Source: Bugula neritina (lineage: Eukaryota > Animalia > Bryozoa). From it: a DNA stretch of 64,000 nt. The stretch's first letter is position 1; each line of letters starts with the position of its first letter. Both the position numbers and the translations under genes were made by a program. The stretch lies in contig OZ037769.1 in the NCBI GenBank assembly GCA_964035545.1, forward strand, positions 14,042,633 through 14,106,632, written 5' to 3'. This document shows positions 38,398 through 50,957 of the stretch, one piece after another. Under the pieces are notes generated by a model that was not told where the DNA came from, ran no database searches, and saw only the letters and a program-made list of their open reading frames with translations.

Positions 38398-39819
38398 ATC
38401 TCAGTGTTGATCACTGTAGCCATTGTACGCCGCTGTGTTACACATTCTGAAGAAAATGCAAAAGCTAATGACTTGATGAAGGAGCTTGACAAACGGCATG
38501 CAGAGATTCGTGCAACTCTGATGACTCAGTTGAAAAGAATTGCTGGTGAGCTGAGAAGATATTATCATCAACGTCCAAACAAAGAATATAAGCAGTGGGT
38601 AGTCGCTACTCCATTAATTATAACGAGAAATACTGAAAATGGTAAGGACTCTTTGACTTTGACAGCGCAAAGTGTGGAAGAAGATAAACATATTTACAGC
38701 AATTTCAAAAGACTTCATAATCAAAATGATGAATTAAGAAGAAAATATTGTGATGAGAATTGTATTCAACGAATAGAAGCACTTACAACTAAAATAAAGA
38801 AACATCAGAGAAAACAAATGAGTGAGAACAATATAGTACACACAGAAATGCAAATGCTGTACAGAGATAAAGTTGACAATATACTACACAATAATGCTAA
38901 CAAAGGCAAAATAATACTAGTTTACTCTAAATACATTCCGTGTTCTCAAAATCAAAATTCAAATGGTGGAACGTTTGTGGAATGTGCCGGGGAGTTGGCA
39001 AACTTTATGGCTAATAACAATCCCAATGGAAATAAGCTAATCGTGTTTTACGAAACTAAACATGAAGCAGTAAATAAACACGATGGAGTTAATGTTTCAT
39101 CCGTACTTGGAGTTTCCCAACTTTACATGGAGATGAGTGACATAGTCGCGTTTAAATACACCCCAGAAGATAGAAGCAATGAGAGTAAATTAAAAAGAGA
39201 TCCTTTGCTTGTTGACATGGCCACATATTTTCGTGAGTACCCAATGTTTCTCCATTTGGGTAGACCTCTTATGAATAAAAAATGCAAAGCAACTGTTACC
39301 CAAATATTCATTGACTGCCTAGCTCGAAATAGGTTTGTAAAGTTGACAACGAATCTGATTGAAAACTCTAAAGTACGATTCATAGCTGTTAAATATTTTC
39401 TTTCTGAACTTTCACATGCAAAGGAAAATAATCTTGAAGATTTGGTTACTGCAGCTAAGAACGGTAAAAATCCAACTGATCAACAACGTGCTATTGTTGG
39501 AGGATGCCATGTTTTTGCCAAAGAAATGATTGAAGATAGTATCAAGAAACAGTACATTAAAACTGAGCGGAAGAAAACTGAATATCTCAGTTTTGATGGG
39601 ACTGCTGCAAAAACTACTGAATATTTTGATAAAGATGAGAAAGAAACTTGTAGAGCATATCTCAAAGTTCTAAATGAGCATTTTAATAGAAAAACTAGTA
39701 AAACAAATGTGTGTTTGGTAGAGCCACTTTTTAATGGTGATGATTATGAGAGGGATAAAGAGAATATTATGAGTGATAAAAAAACTGAAAATAATAATCA
39801 TATCTATGACGAATTATAG
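38398..39819 (+). CDS. Secreted AID/APOBEC-like zinc deaminase, copy 4, main exon (intact ORF but own exon 1/promoter deleted)
   Basis: Acceptor TTTTAG|ATC; HTEMQML, YSKYIPC-x13-CAGELANF; ends IYDEL*. Upstream DNA lacks the segment homologous to ~44748-46165. Confidence 0.7.
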   Translation: MSVLITVAIVRRCVTHSEENAKANDLMKELDKRHAEIRATLMTQLKRIAGELRRYYHQRPNKEYKQWVVATPLIITRNTENGKDSLTLTAQSVEEDKHIYSNFKRLHNQNDELRRKYCDENCIQRIEALTTKIKKHQRKQMSENNIVHTEMQMLYRDKVDNILHNNANKGKIILVYSKYIPCSQNQNSNGGTFVECAGELANFMANNNPNGNKLIVFYETKHEAVNKHDGVNVSSVLGVSQLYMEMSDIVAFKYTPEDRSNESKLKRDPLLVDMATYFREYPMFLHLGRPLMNKKCKATVTQIFIDCLARNRFVKLTTNLIENSKVRFIAVKYFLSELSHAKENNLEDLVTAAKNGKNPTDQQRAIVGGCHVFAKEMIEDSIKKQYIKTERKKTEYLSFDGTAAKTTEYFDKDEKETCRAYLKVLNEHFNRKTSKTNVCLVEPLFNGDDYERDKENIMSDKKTENNNHIYDEL

Positions 39820-42800
39820 AGCGGAGGTGGAGGAGATTACGTAATCAATAAAAATCATTTTGAATATCGAACTATAAAAATGGTTACTATATATAAGTGT
39901 TATACAGCGGAAAGAATAAAAATTACAGATAGAATAATAACTCTGAGATAAAGATTATATAGAATCAATGCTGGATATAACAAGTGTAACAACGATTATC
40001 AAGAAGGAAGAAATAGAAAATAATTTTAAAAAATTGCTTAACTTATAGACCTCGTCATGATCTTGAAAAATTAAGAAGATACAAAAAAGCAAAAGTTTAA
40101 AGAAATTTCTTGCAAATTATATTAGGGTATAAAAAAACTCTTTCTATAGTACAAGCTGTTTTGTTTGCTCATTATAATATACATGATTGTTTAACAATAG
40201 ACATTTTGCAATTTTAAATACTTGTATTTTTTAAAGTTTTTTTTATTCACTAATTTATTTTTATTTTTCATCACTAATTAGATTGTCATATAATATAAGT
40301 TCTATAATATGCAAATAAATAAAAATCATGACAATGAAACCAACTCAGTTTTTGTACAAGTTATTGAAACATAGCAGTATGTTGAAAACATCAACATTTG
40401 TTTAATCACAAAAATAGCATAAAACATGTCATAAAAACTAAAGGTATTACAATATATTGTAAAAAATTGTCTGAAAATTCAACATTTCTATATAATATCC
40501 AACTTGGTTGATAAAATGTGTAAGAAGTTTTGAAACAACTTTTGCTCTGCATTTTACAATACATTCCAATGCTATTTCTTGGTTATTTTCATTATCATAT
40601 TCAGCTAAATTGTCCTTATAAGATTTTAAATCATGCATGCATACAAACTATTAATTGTTTTTCATTAGAAGGCTTATTGGATATAATATAATAATTTACA
40701 AAGAAGAAGTGATCAAATTGAATTAATTTCTTCAATCTATCTTTTCAACAAGATATTAATATACAGCTCTTTGTACATCTCAGCTATAATTGTTTGGTAT
40801 TCTGTGATCATCTATATAAAAGTAGTATATATATGCAGCATGTCTATGTGTTTATTTACAATTAATAGCCAATCACATGCTGTTATTAATCAGCAGTTGT
40901 AACAAAACTATGTGCAGATGGAGTTTCACAAATTATAAAAAAAATTTTAACTGTTTGAAACATTTACTCAGCACAAAAGCCAGTAACAATATTATAAACT
41001 TCAAAATATTCAACTCTATAAGTTTAGAGCTGTGAATTATAGACTGCCCAATGCAGACGATCCCGACCATTGCTATCAAAGACTTTGAACTTTAGAATTA
41101 AATGATTATAATGTAGAAGAACAGTAGCTATAATAGTGCATTATAGTATTTTAAAAAATTAGACATTTTATGAATTTGGCTGCAGTATAAACTGTTAGAG
41201 CTGTATATATAGCTTCAATGAGTCATAAAATATGCACATGCATGCATGGCGTCAATTATAACACACCTGCACGCATGAATTCACATGAAACCAAAATAAA
41301 TGCAACTATTAGCATCAAATATTATTTTCTTAATTTTGAATGCTTTTCAAATGAAGTTGTCTATCTGAACTGAAACCGAGTTAGCAGCTATCTAAAAGCA
41401 AGAAACATTAGCTACGGTCCTATAGCTACATAACAGCTTAGCTATAGTTGATATATTACAGCAGAGCCTTCCTTGAAATATTGTCAAGGCTTAGCTATGT
41501 TTGAGCCATTAATTACCCATCACCCTCATACAATACCAGTACACTACTGAATACAAAAAACACCCAAGCGTCATAATAATTCAGCTGATATAATAATTCT
41601 GCTCATAATAATTCTGCTCATAATAATTCTGCTCATAAGATCTGATGATAACTTTCAGAGAGCAGAAGAAAAAGATAATATCAATACTGTGAGCATCATC
41701 AAGTTCATTGGAACACAACTCCTACTCACTGTCTCTAGATTCAGACAAATTCAGGTGCTGTAAAGATAAATCACCAAGTGCAGCAATGCAATACGCATGT
41801 GTTGAATGTGTTGATTATAGGATATAATCTTCCACAGTGATGAAAATAAACATTCATATAATACCATTACTTATCAATGCTAATAATAGTAATTGTCTTC
41901 TCTCTGTTTGAATACTTTATCATATTACACACAATACTTGTCCTGTTCTTTCTCTTCTTCTTTATACGTAAAGTACAGCATGTCTTGTCAACTACAGCTC
42001 TACTGATTTTATCTCAATAACTAACATAAATAAGATTACCATCAGCCTCCAACTCAACAAAATGGTAAAGACAGCTATAATTACTGCTATGACAACAAGA
42101 CGTTAATTAACCTCAAAAATTATCATCATAATCAACAGCCTATTGTCTCAGGCTACAGAAAGAAGCAGAAAAGCTACCAATTGCTTCACTAAAATGATGT
42201 CAAGATCAATTTGAAGCCAAAAACTCTTAGACCATATTTATTGCAATAATTCACATCTACTTATGTTATATTGGTTGGTTACTGCACTATAAATGCATAC
42301 ATTAAATACCATTTAATTAGTATAAGCTCAAAAATTGGACATGAAGAAGCAAATTTTTTATTATCATGTGCATAATAATTTTATGTGTTTTAGAAAACAG
42401 GATGTGAAACGTGAAACGTTATGCTAAACGCAACGCTGAATGCTTAATAATTACTGTTGGATATTCATTACGTTATGCTGCTTTTACAACTTGACATATA
42501 ATTATGCTATGTGATAACTTTACAGCCTGCATGAGCTGTTATATAAATGCTGGTTTTCTCATATATTCATAAAAAAACGTTACTTCTAATTTTCAAGTCT
42601 GTTGTTGTGTATTTAAAAGTGTGTACACATTTTAAAATCATTTCATCTAATCTTCATATGAGTAATTTGCAATTTAAATAATATAGCCCTTTTGGAGTAC
42701 TATTCTATTTTTAAATTAGTATAATATATAATGCATACAGCCAAAATAATATGTTTATGTAAGTGAGTGGAAAAACTTGTCGTAATTCTTTTTATTTTTG

Positions 42801-45244
42801 ATAATAATTTATAACCTGTTGCTTAAACCACAAAGAGCTAAAAAATAATCCTCAACTTAGAGAATTCAAAATGGATTTTGGCTAATGAATTATCTGAATT
42901 AGTGATGGAAGACAGGATGACTCCAAAATTTCATTTCTATGTCTGCTTTTGTGTAAAATTTCATTTCACATGTAAGCTACTCTGGTGAATTTTAGAGTTA
43001 TCTTTTCTTACTGTTGTTTAATCTAGCACATATCAATATTCTTATTCCTTTTTGTTTTGAAGTTTTCGATTTGATAAACTGGTCTTCATTTGAAGTCGAG
43101 TCAGAACTTTGACACTCCGTACTCAGAATGTCAAACACTCATATGATATTGTGGGTTAATTATAGTGTGGCTTGCTTTTTCAAATTTTCAGCTGCATTTA
43201 CTTTTGAAAAGTATTTTTAAGCTACTCGGTTTTGTTCCGAGACTCAAATTTCAACAATCAATATTATGCAATGGTTTAGAATTAATGCGCTTTACTTTGC
43301 ACGTCTTTGAGCCTGTATGTGTAGAATGATATTGTTAACATGATATTATTGAAAATAATGTTCGAAGCATCACTTATATTATATAATTTGAAGCATGCAA
43401 TAGATGGAGGGTGTTCGTCTTTTTTAACTTTCATAATAATTATTACAAGTATATAGCATGTATGCAACAATAAACCTGACTATCATGCTCCTGACAGCTA
43501 TACTATTGCATACAAAGTTGTAGTTTTACTGAAGCACTATGCAAGCACTGTACTGAAAATTAAGATATGAGTGGTAAATTTTCTATTATAGGTGAAAATA
43601 TACACACATTTGAAGCTAGCATGTAATATATCTTTAGTATGCCCTTTGCAAGTTTGTGGGACAACATTTGATTGTTTGAGAGAATAGGTTTATTTAAACT
43701 ACACGTATGTATCAGTATAATATATACAATTGCCATTACGTGTGTAAATCAAAGCTGCAAAGTGCATGAATAGTTTTCTATAAGTAAAGGATGGTGTTAT
43801 TAAACTAGGTGAATGTTAATTCCAAATGAGCACTCGTCTATTCGATCATCTAGTTTGACTTTTAGTGGCTGCTTTCGTGAAATCAATCTATTGCTGTTAC
43901 TTATTCTTAGTCTGCTTGGGGTTGATGATTGAGATTTAGACAAAAAACATGCTGCAAGAACACATAATATCTTTCTATAGAACAATACATATTTGTACTC
44001 TGCATAAAATCAATACATGATACGCTGTTAGTTGTGCAGTAATCAATGGTATATATATACTTAAAACTTATTGTGTACATAACAACTTTTTTTCATTATT
44101 ATATTGTTGATAATGTTATTGAGAGAAATGCTCCATATGATATGCCGTAGAATATACAGCAAGCAGTTTATAGCATAGCTCAGTGAAGTCTACTACATGC
44201 ATGAAGGTACGAAAAGACTAAACAAATGTGTTATAGTATGTAGAAACAAAATCCTTTAGGCTATACATGATAGTAGCATATATGTATATTATATATTGTG
44301 ATAGCGTATAGAGGTGTTAGTATATGTATATAATAAATTTGTTGTATATAACATGTATACTATAAGTGTTAGTATGTATATTATATATGATAGCATATGT
44401 ATTATAATATATATATATATGGTTATAGGATCTATTACATTTGATAGAATGTATAATAGATTGGCTACACAACTGTTAGTGGAATGCAGATAATTTTCAT
44501 TACAGTAAAGTTCACCATCTCATTAACCTCCTATAATAATATGCTGTTGCTTCCGTTATCTTTCAATTCAATAGTAAAATCCTAGTTTATTTTCTGCTGA
44601 CAGTGGTATCATACTTGTGCATGGCTATATAGCGTATTGCATCACTATTGCATCATCTTTGTGGCTATAGCTTAAAGTAATGACATCACCCTACATACTT
44701 ATACAAGTAAGCCAGTTGAAGGTTATTACTACAGTCATCAACACATGTTTTTAGACACTGATTTGTAAAGGTGTATACAGCCAATTTAAAGAATGATATA
44801 GTTATCTGCATCCCATAGTGTGACAACAGAGATAACAAAGGGTAAATAAATGGTTAACAAAGGGTTAAAAAATGGTTAACAAAGGGTTGTTAATAAAGTT
44901 ACACCGAATCAAACATTTGCACCCTGTGCAGACTGCAGACTCATTATTGCCACTGAGAAGTAGATACATAGTTTGTGTGTTACTTTTGGTGCTTATATGT
45001 ATATTATATGTGATAGTATGCATCTCTTATATGTGATAGTAGTTATAATGTATTGTATATACTATCGCACATACGATGTATTATATGCAATAGTATATAT
45101 GTTGTATATTAATAGTACGTGTATAATTATTTTATGTGTTATTATGGATTTTATGTGTGTTAATATGTATGTTCTATGTGATAGTATGTATGTTATATAT
45201 GTATTATGTGTGCATGGGTGTGTTATAACATTGTATATAATGCA

Positions 45245-45500
45245 CATATTATCATACACAATAAACATATGCTTATATATAATATACATATGCTTATGCA
45301 TAATAAACATATGCTTATACATAACATACATACGCTTATACATAATACACATATGTTTATACATAATATATATATGCTTATACGTAATACACATATGCTT
45401 ATATATAATATACATATGCTTATGCATAATAAGCATATGCTTATACATAACATACAAATACTTATGCATAATATACTTATGCATATACATATATATAATG
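45245..45500 (+). repeat. ~21-bp AT-rich minisatellite (CATAATAAACATATGCTTATA) upstream of the copy 5 promoter
   Basis: About 11 degenerate tandem units; source of the spurious I/Y/C/H-rich ORFs. Confidence 0.85.
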
Positions 45501-45695
45501 TATACAATATTATATACACAATCAAATATTTTAACTCTATATATAATACGCTCATTTTATTAGACTGTACTAGGAGCAACACCCAAGCATGGCGCCACAC
45601 CACACAAGAATATTGGTAAACTAAGTATATAAGCAGACAGCAGGAGGCGCTTTTTCACTTCTTAGTTCAGAGGCTTTCTAAGAAGTTCATCTAAA

Positions 45696-45716
45696 ATGAC
45701 TCATCTAAGACTTTTG
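45696..45716 (+). CDS. Initiator micro-exon of deaminase copy 5 (MTHLRLL)
   Basis: AAAATGACTCATCTAAGACTTTTG|GTAAGT, homologous to copy 3 exon 1; TATATAA at 45626. Confidence 0.8.
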
Positions 45717-46787
45717 GTAAGTGGAGAAAATATATATTTAATGCTGATGTACTCTAAATTATATTTTAGGAAAGTAGCTATAGCTCAAAGTACTCATTAT
45801 ATGAGTTTAGTTTATGCATGGAAAGTTCCAATGATGTTTTATTTATGAATACGATGTTTTTATATGCAACTTTAGTTTACAATCAGCTATTTATTACTTC
45901 TAACAAAATTATAATGTAGGTATAGTTATAAGAGCCAACTTTATTATGAGTAAATTTGGAAGTCCATTCTTTAAAGTGTTTTGGGGACAATTGACTATAA
46001 TTTGAATGGTCTGTAAAATGTAGTATTTTGTATATTATGTGTACAACAGGTAGCAGCAGTTCAAAAGTAGCTATCTTAAACTTAGTCAGTAATATAAAAA
46101 GTTTTCGCAACATAATTCCTGATCTATACACCCCAATTTTAGTTTTGAAAATGGTAACAAAATTGTGTGTCTTTAAATTAAAGACGTTTGTATTCATCTC
46201 TCTGAAATAGATATTTTGTTTTAGATTATGTATAGAATTTTAGGACAACAAATTACGTACCATCATATTATTGTATTAATGTTTCAATAGGAGTTTGGCA
46301 ATCTATGTAATATTTTTTGACTTTCTAAATTATAAAAATTGTGCTTTAATATGATGTGTGTATTTATCATCACAGACCATGAATGTTATAGGAGAATAAA
46401 TATAACAGAATTAATTACGTTGCAAAAAAGCAGCTTTCCCTGAGTATCAAAAATCGCCTTATATGTCAGCCAATCACAACAGAGAAAAACATAATGTTAT
46501 AGCTAACATATAGCCATTAAAATACAAATAAAATTATTATGATTTAACCAAAACTTTCCAAGCAGTTTTTGGAGTAATGCTAATTAATTATACCATCAAA
46601 ATAAATTATTTAATACAATGATGAAAACACAAATGTTGTGAAGCTTTATTTACTTCTTTAGTATACCATAGAACGTTAGGTCATGTAGCACATATCAACT
46701 TCTGCATGACATGCAATATTTTTACAATATGAAAAAAAGTTAATTTTGACTTATACGAAGTATTGTACTTATTTATGTGTGTTTTAG

Positions 46788-48209
46788 ATCTCAGTGTTGA
46801 TCACTGTAGCCATTGTACGCCGCTGTGTTACACATCTTGAAGAAAATGCAAAAGCTAATGACTTGATGAAGGAGCTTGACAAACCGCATGCAGAGATTCG
46901 TGCAACTCTGATGACTCAGTTGAAAAGAATTGCTGGTGAGCTGAGTGAGTATTATAATCAACGTCCAAACCGTGCCTTTACTCAGTGGGTAGTGGCTACT
47001 CCATTGAATATAAAGAGAAATACTGAAAATGGTAAGGACTCTTTGACTTTGACAGCGCAAAGTGTGGAAGAAGACAAACATATTTACAGCAATTTCAAAA
47101 GACTTCATAATCAAAATGATGAATTAAGAAGAAAATATTGTGATAATGACTGTATTCAGCAAATAGAAACACTTACAACTAAAATAAAAAAACATCCGTG
47201 GAAACAAATAGGTGAAAACAATATAGTACACACAGAAATGCAAATGCTGTACAGAGATAAAGTTGACAATATACTACATAATGAAGCTAATAAAAATAAA
47301 GTAATACTAGTTTACTCAAAGTATATTCCGTGTTCTCAAAATCAAAATTCAAATGGTGGAACGTTTGTGGAATGTGCCGGGGAGTTGGCAAACTTTATGG
47401 CTAATAACAATCCCAATGGAAATAAGCTAATCGTGTTTTATGAAACTAAACATGAAGCAGTAAATAAACACGATGGAGTTAATGTTTCATCCGTACTTGG
47501 AGTTTCCCAACTTTACATGGAGATGAGTGGCATAGTCGCGTTTAAATACACCCCAGAAGATAGAAGCAATGAGAGTAAATTAAAAAGAGATCCTTTGCTT
47601 GTTGACATGGCCACATATTTTCGTGAGTACCCAATGTTTCTCTATCTGGGTAGACCTCTTATGAATAAAGAATGCAAAGCAACTGTTACCCAAATATTCA
47701 TTGACTGCCTAGCTCGAAATAGGTTTGTAAAGTTGACAACGAATCTGATTGAAAACTCTAAAGTACGATTCATAGCTGTTAAATATTTTCTTTCTGAACT
47801 TTCACATGCAAAGGAAAATAATCTTGGAGATTTGGTTACTGCAGCTAAGAACGGTAAAAATCCAACTGATCAACAACGTGCTATTGTTGAAGGATGCCAT
47901 GTTTTTGCCAAAGAAATGCTTGAAGATAGTATCAAGAAACAGTACATTAAAACTGAGCAGAAGGAAAATGATTATCTCAGATTTGATGGAACTGCTGCAA
48001 AAACTACTGAATATTTTGATCAAGATGAGAAAGAAACTTGTAGAGCATATCTCAAAGTTCTAAATGAGCATTTTAATAGAAAAACTAGTGAAAAAAATGT
48101 GTGTTTGGTAGAGCCACTTTTTAATGGTGATGATTATGAAAGGAATAAAGAGAATAGTATGAATGGTAAAAAAATTGAAAATAATAACCAAATCTATGAC
48201 GAATTATAG
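46788..48209 (+). CDS. Secreted AID/APOBEC-like zinc deaminase, copy 5, main exon
   Basis: Recent duplicate of copy 4. Signal MTHLRLLISVLITVAIVRRCVT; intact HTE/PC-x13-C; ends IYDEL*. Confidence 0.8.
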   Translation: MSVLITVAIVRRCVTHLEENAKANDLMKELDKPHAEIRATLMTQLKRIAGELSEYYNQRPNRAFTQWVVATPLNIKRNTENGKDSLTLTAQSVEEDKHIYSNFKRLHNQNDELRRKYCDNDCIQQIETLTTKIKKHPWKQIGENNIVHTEMQMLYRDKVDNILHNEANKNKVILVYSKYIPCSQNQNSNGGTFVECAGELANFMANNNPNGNKLIVFYETKHEAVNKHDGVNVSSVLGVSQLYMEMSGIVAFKYTPEDRSNESKLKRDPLLVDMATYFREYPMFLYLGRPLMNKECKATVTQIFIDCLARNRFVKLTTNLIENSKVRFIAVKYFLSELSHAKENNLGDLVTAAKNGKNPTDQQRAIVEGCHVFAKEMLEDSIKKQYIKTEQKENDYLRFDGTAAKTTEYFDQDEKETCRAYLKVLNEHFNRKTSEKNVCLVEPLFNGDDYERNKENSMNGKKIENNNQIYDEL

Positions 48210-49360
48210 AGTGGAGGTGGAGGAGATTACGTAATCAATAAAAATCATTCTGAATATCGAACTATAAACAATGGCTACTATATATATTCGTGATGATAAG
48301 TGTTATACAGCGGAAAGAATAAAAATTACAGATAGAATAATAACTCTGAGATAAAGATTATATAGAATCAATGCTGGATATAACAAGTGTAACAACGATT
48401 ATCAAGAAGGAAGAAATAGAAAATAATTTTAAAAAATTGCTTAACTTATAGACCTCGTCATGATCTTGAAAAATTAAGAAGATACAAAAAAGCAAAAGTT
48501 TAAAGAAATTTCTTGCAAATTATATTAGGGTATAAAAAAACTCTTTCTATAGTACAAGCTGTTTTGTTTGCTCATTATATACATGATTGTTTAACAATAG
48601 ACATTTTGCAATTTTAAATACTTGTATTTTTTAAAGTTTTTTTATTCACTAATTTATTTTTATTTTTCATCACTAATTAGATTGTCATATAATATAAGTT
48701 CTATAATATGCAAATAAATAAAAATCATGACAATGAAACCAACTCAGTTTTTGTACAAGTTATTGAAACATAGCAGTATGTTGAAAACATCAACATTTGT
48801 TTAATCACAAAAATAGCATAAAACATGTCATAAAGACTAAAGGTATTATATAATATATTGTAGAAAATTGTCTGAAAATTCAGCACTTCTAATATCAAAC
48901 TTGGTTGATAAAATGTGCAAGGAGTCTTGAAACAACTTTTGCTCTGCATTTTACAACACATTCTGATGCTATTTTTTGTTATTTTCATTATATTCAGCTA
49001 AATTGTCCCTATAAGATTCCAAATCATGCATGCATACAAACAATTAAGTGTTTTTCATTAGAAGGCTTATTGGGTATATAATAATTTACAAAGAAGAAGT
49101 GATCAAATTGAATTAATTTCTTCAATCCATTTTCTTTTCAACAAAATTTTAATATACAGCTCTTTGTGCATATCTCAGCTACAATTGTTTGGTATTCTGT
49201 GATCATCTATATAAAAGTAGTATATATATGCAGCATGTCTATGTGTTTATTTACAATTAATAGCCAATCACATGCTGTTATTAATCAGCAATTGCAACAA
49301 AACTATGTGCAGATGGAGTTTCAAACATTATAAAAAAAGTTTTAAGTGTTTGAAACATTT

Positions 49361-49713
49361 AGTCTAGGGCCACATGGTGCGTATTTTCGCATGCGAAAAT
49401 TGAAATCATGGGTAGCAAAGGTGTCCACTGTACGCGTTAAGAAAACATTCGCACTTGTCGCTCAGCATTCTCAACGCAAGTGCGAATCGTCTCTGTCGTC
49501 GTCACCTAATTGGCTGGTAGTTATTCAGCAAACCCAATTTCTTTATTTTAGTGCTACATTCCAGTAAATTGCGTTTTATTGAAAGCGAGCGCGATTTAAA
49601 AATGAAAGCTTTATATATATCACTCAACGCATCACTGTCATTACAGTGGACACCTTTGCTACTTGTGATTTCAATTTTCGCATGCGAAAATACGCAACGT
49701 GTGGCCCTAGGCT
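49361..49713. mobile_element. MITE (non-autonomous DNA transposon), 353 bp with ~72-bp terminal inverted repeats
   Basis: 49361-49432 (AGTCTAGGGCCACA..GGTGTCCACTGTA) is the imperfect inverse of 49642-49713. The empty site GAAACATTTACTCAGCAC is present in the paralogous unit at ~40957-40974. Confidence 0.9.
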
Positions 49714-50868
49714 TATACTCAGCACAAAATCTAGTAACAATCTTATAAACTTCAGAATATTCAATTCTATTTGTTTAGAGCTGTGAATTATAGACTGCCC
49801 AATGCAGACAATCTCGACCATTGCTATCAGATACTTTAAACTTTAGAATTAAATGATTATAATGTAGAAGAATATAGTAGCTACAATAGTACATTATAAT
49901 ATTTTAAAAAATTAGACATTTTATGAATTTGGCTGCAGTATAAACTTTTAGAGCAGTATAAACTGGTAATAGAGCAGTATTATATATAGCGTCAATGAGT
50001 CATAAAATATGCACACGCATGGCGTCAATTATAACACACCTGCACACATGAAACCAAAATAAGTGCAACTATTTATAGCATCAAATATTATTTTCTTAAT
50101 TTTCAATGCTTTTTAAAAGAAGTTGTCTATCTAAACTGAAACCAAGTTAAAAGCTATCTAAAAGCAAGAAACATTAGCTACGGTCCTATAGCTACATAAC
50201 AGCTTAGCTATAGTTGATAATTATATTACAGCTAGCAGAGCCTTCTTTGAAATATTAGCAAGGCTTAGCTATATTTGAGCAATTAATTACTCATCACCCT
50301 CATACAACACTGGTACACTACTTAATACAAAAACACCCAAGCGTCATAATAATTCTGCTCATATAAAACCTGATGATAAATCTCGTGGAGAAGAAAAAAA
50401 AAATAATATTGATACTGTGAGTATCAATAAGTCCATTGGTCCACAACTCCGACTCGCTGTCTCTAGACTTATAAAAATCAAGGTGATAAAAATAAACCAG
50501 CAATGCAATATACAGGATATAATTGAATGTTTTGATAAGATACATTCTTCTATAGTGATGAAAATAAACATTCATATAATATTATTATTTATCAATGCTA
50601 ATAATAGTAATTGTCTTCTCTCTGTTTGAATACTTTATTATATCACTCACAACACTTTCCTGTTCTCTCTCTTCTTATTTATACGTAAAATACAGAAGTC
50701 TTGTCAACTACAACTCTACTGATTTTATCTCAATAATTAACATAAATAAGACGACCATCAGCCTCCAACTCAAAAAAAGGTCAAGACAGCTATAATTACT
50801 GCTATATGGTGACAAGACTTTACACCTGAAAAATTATCATCATTATCAACAGCCGATTGACTCGGGCT

Positions 50869-50871
<3 letters not shown>

Positions 50872-50955
<84 letters not shown>
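50872..50955. repeat. (TA)n microsatellite at the end of duplication unit B
   Basis: Seen directly. Confidence 0.95.

Positions 50956-50957
<2 letters not shown>

Larger units (their letters stand above)
35440..50871 (+). repeat. Tandem segmental duplication carrying copies 4 and 5 (unit A ~35440-42157, unit B ~42585-50871)
   Basis: Colinear flank similarity from TAATTT.AAGTCTGTTGTT to ..GGCTACA. Unit B additionally holds ~1.4 kb (promoter plus exon 1) and a MITE. Confidence 0.9.

Noticed and set aside
44973-45619. Long I/Y/C/H-rich ORFs on both strands
   Set aside because: Products of AT-rich minisatellites; no domain features.
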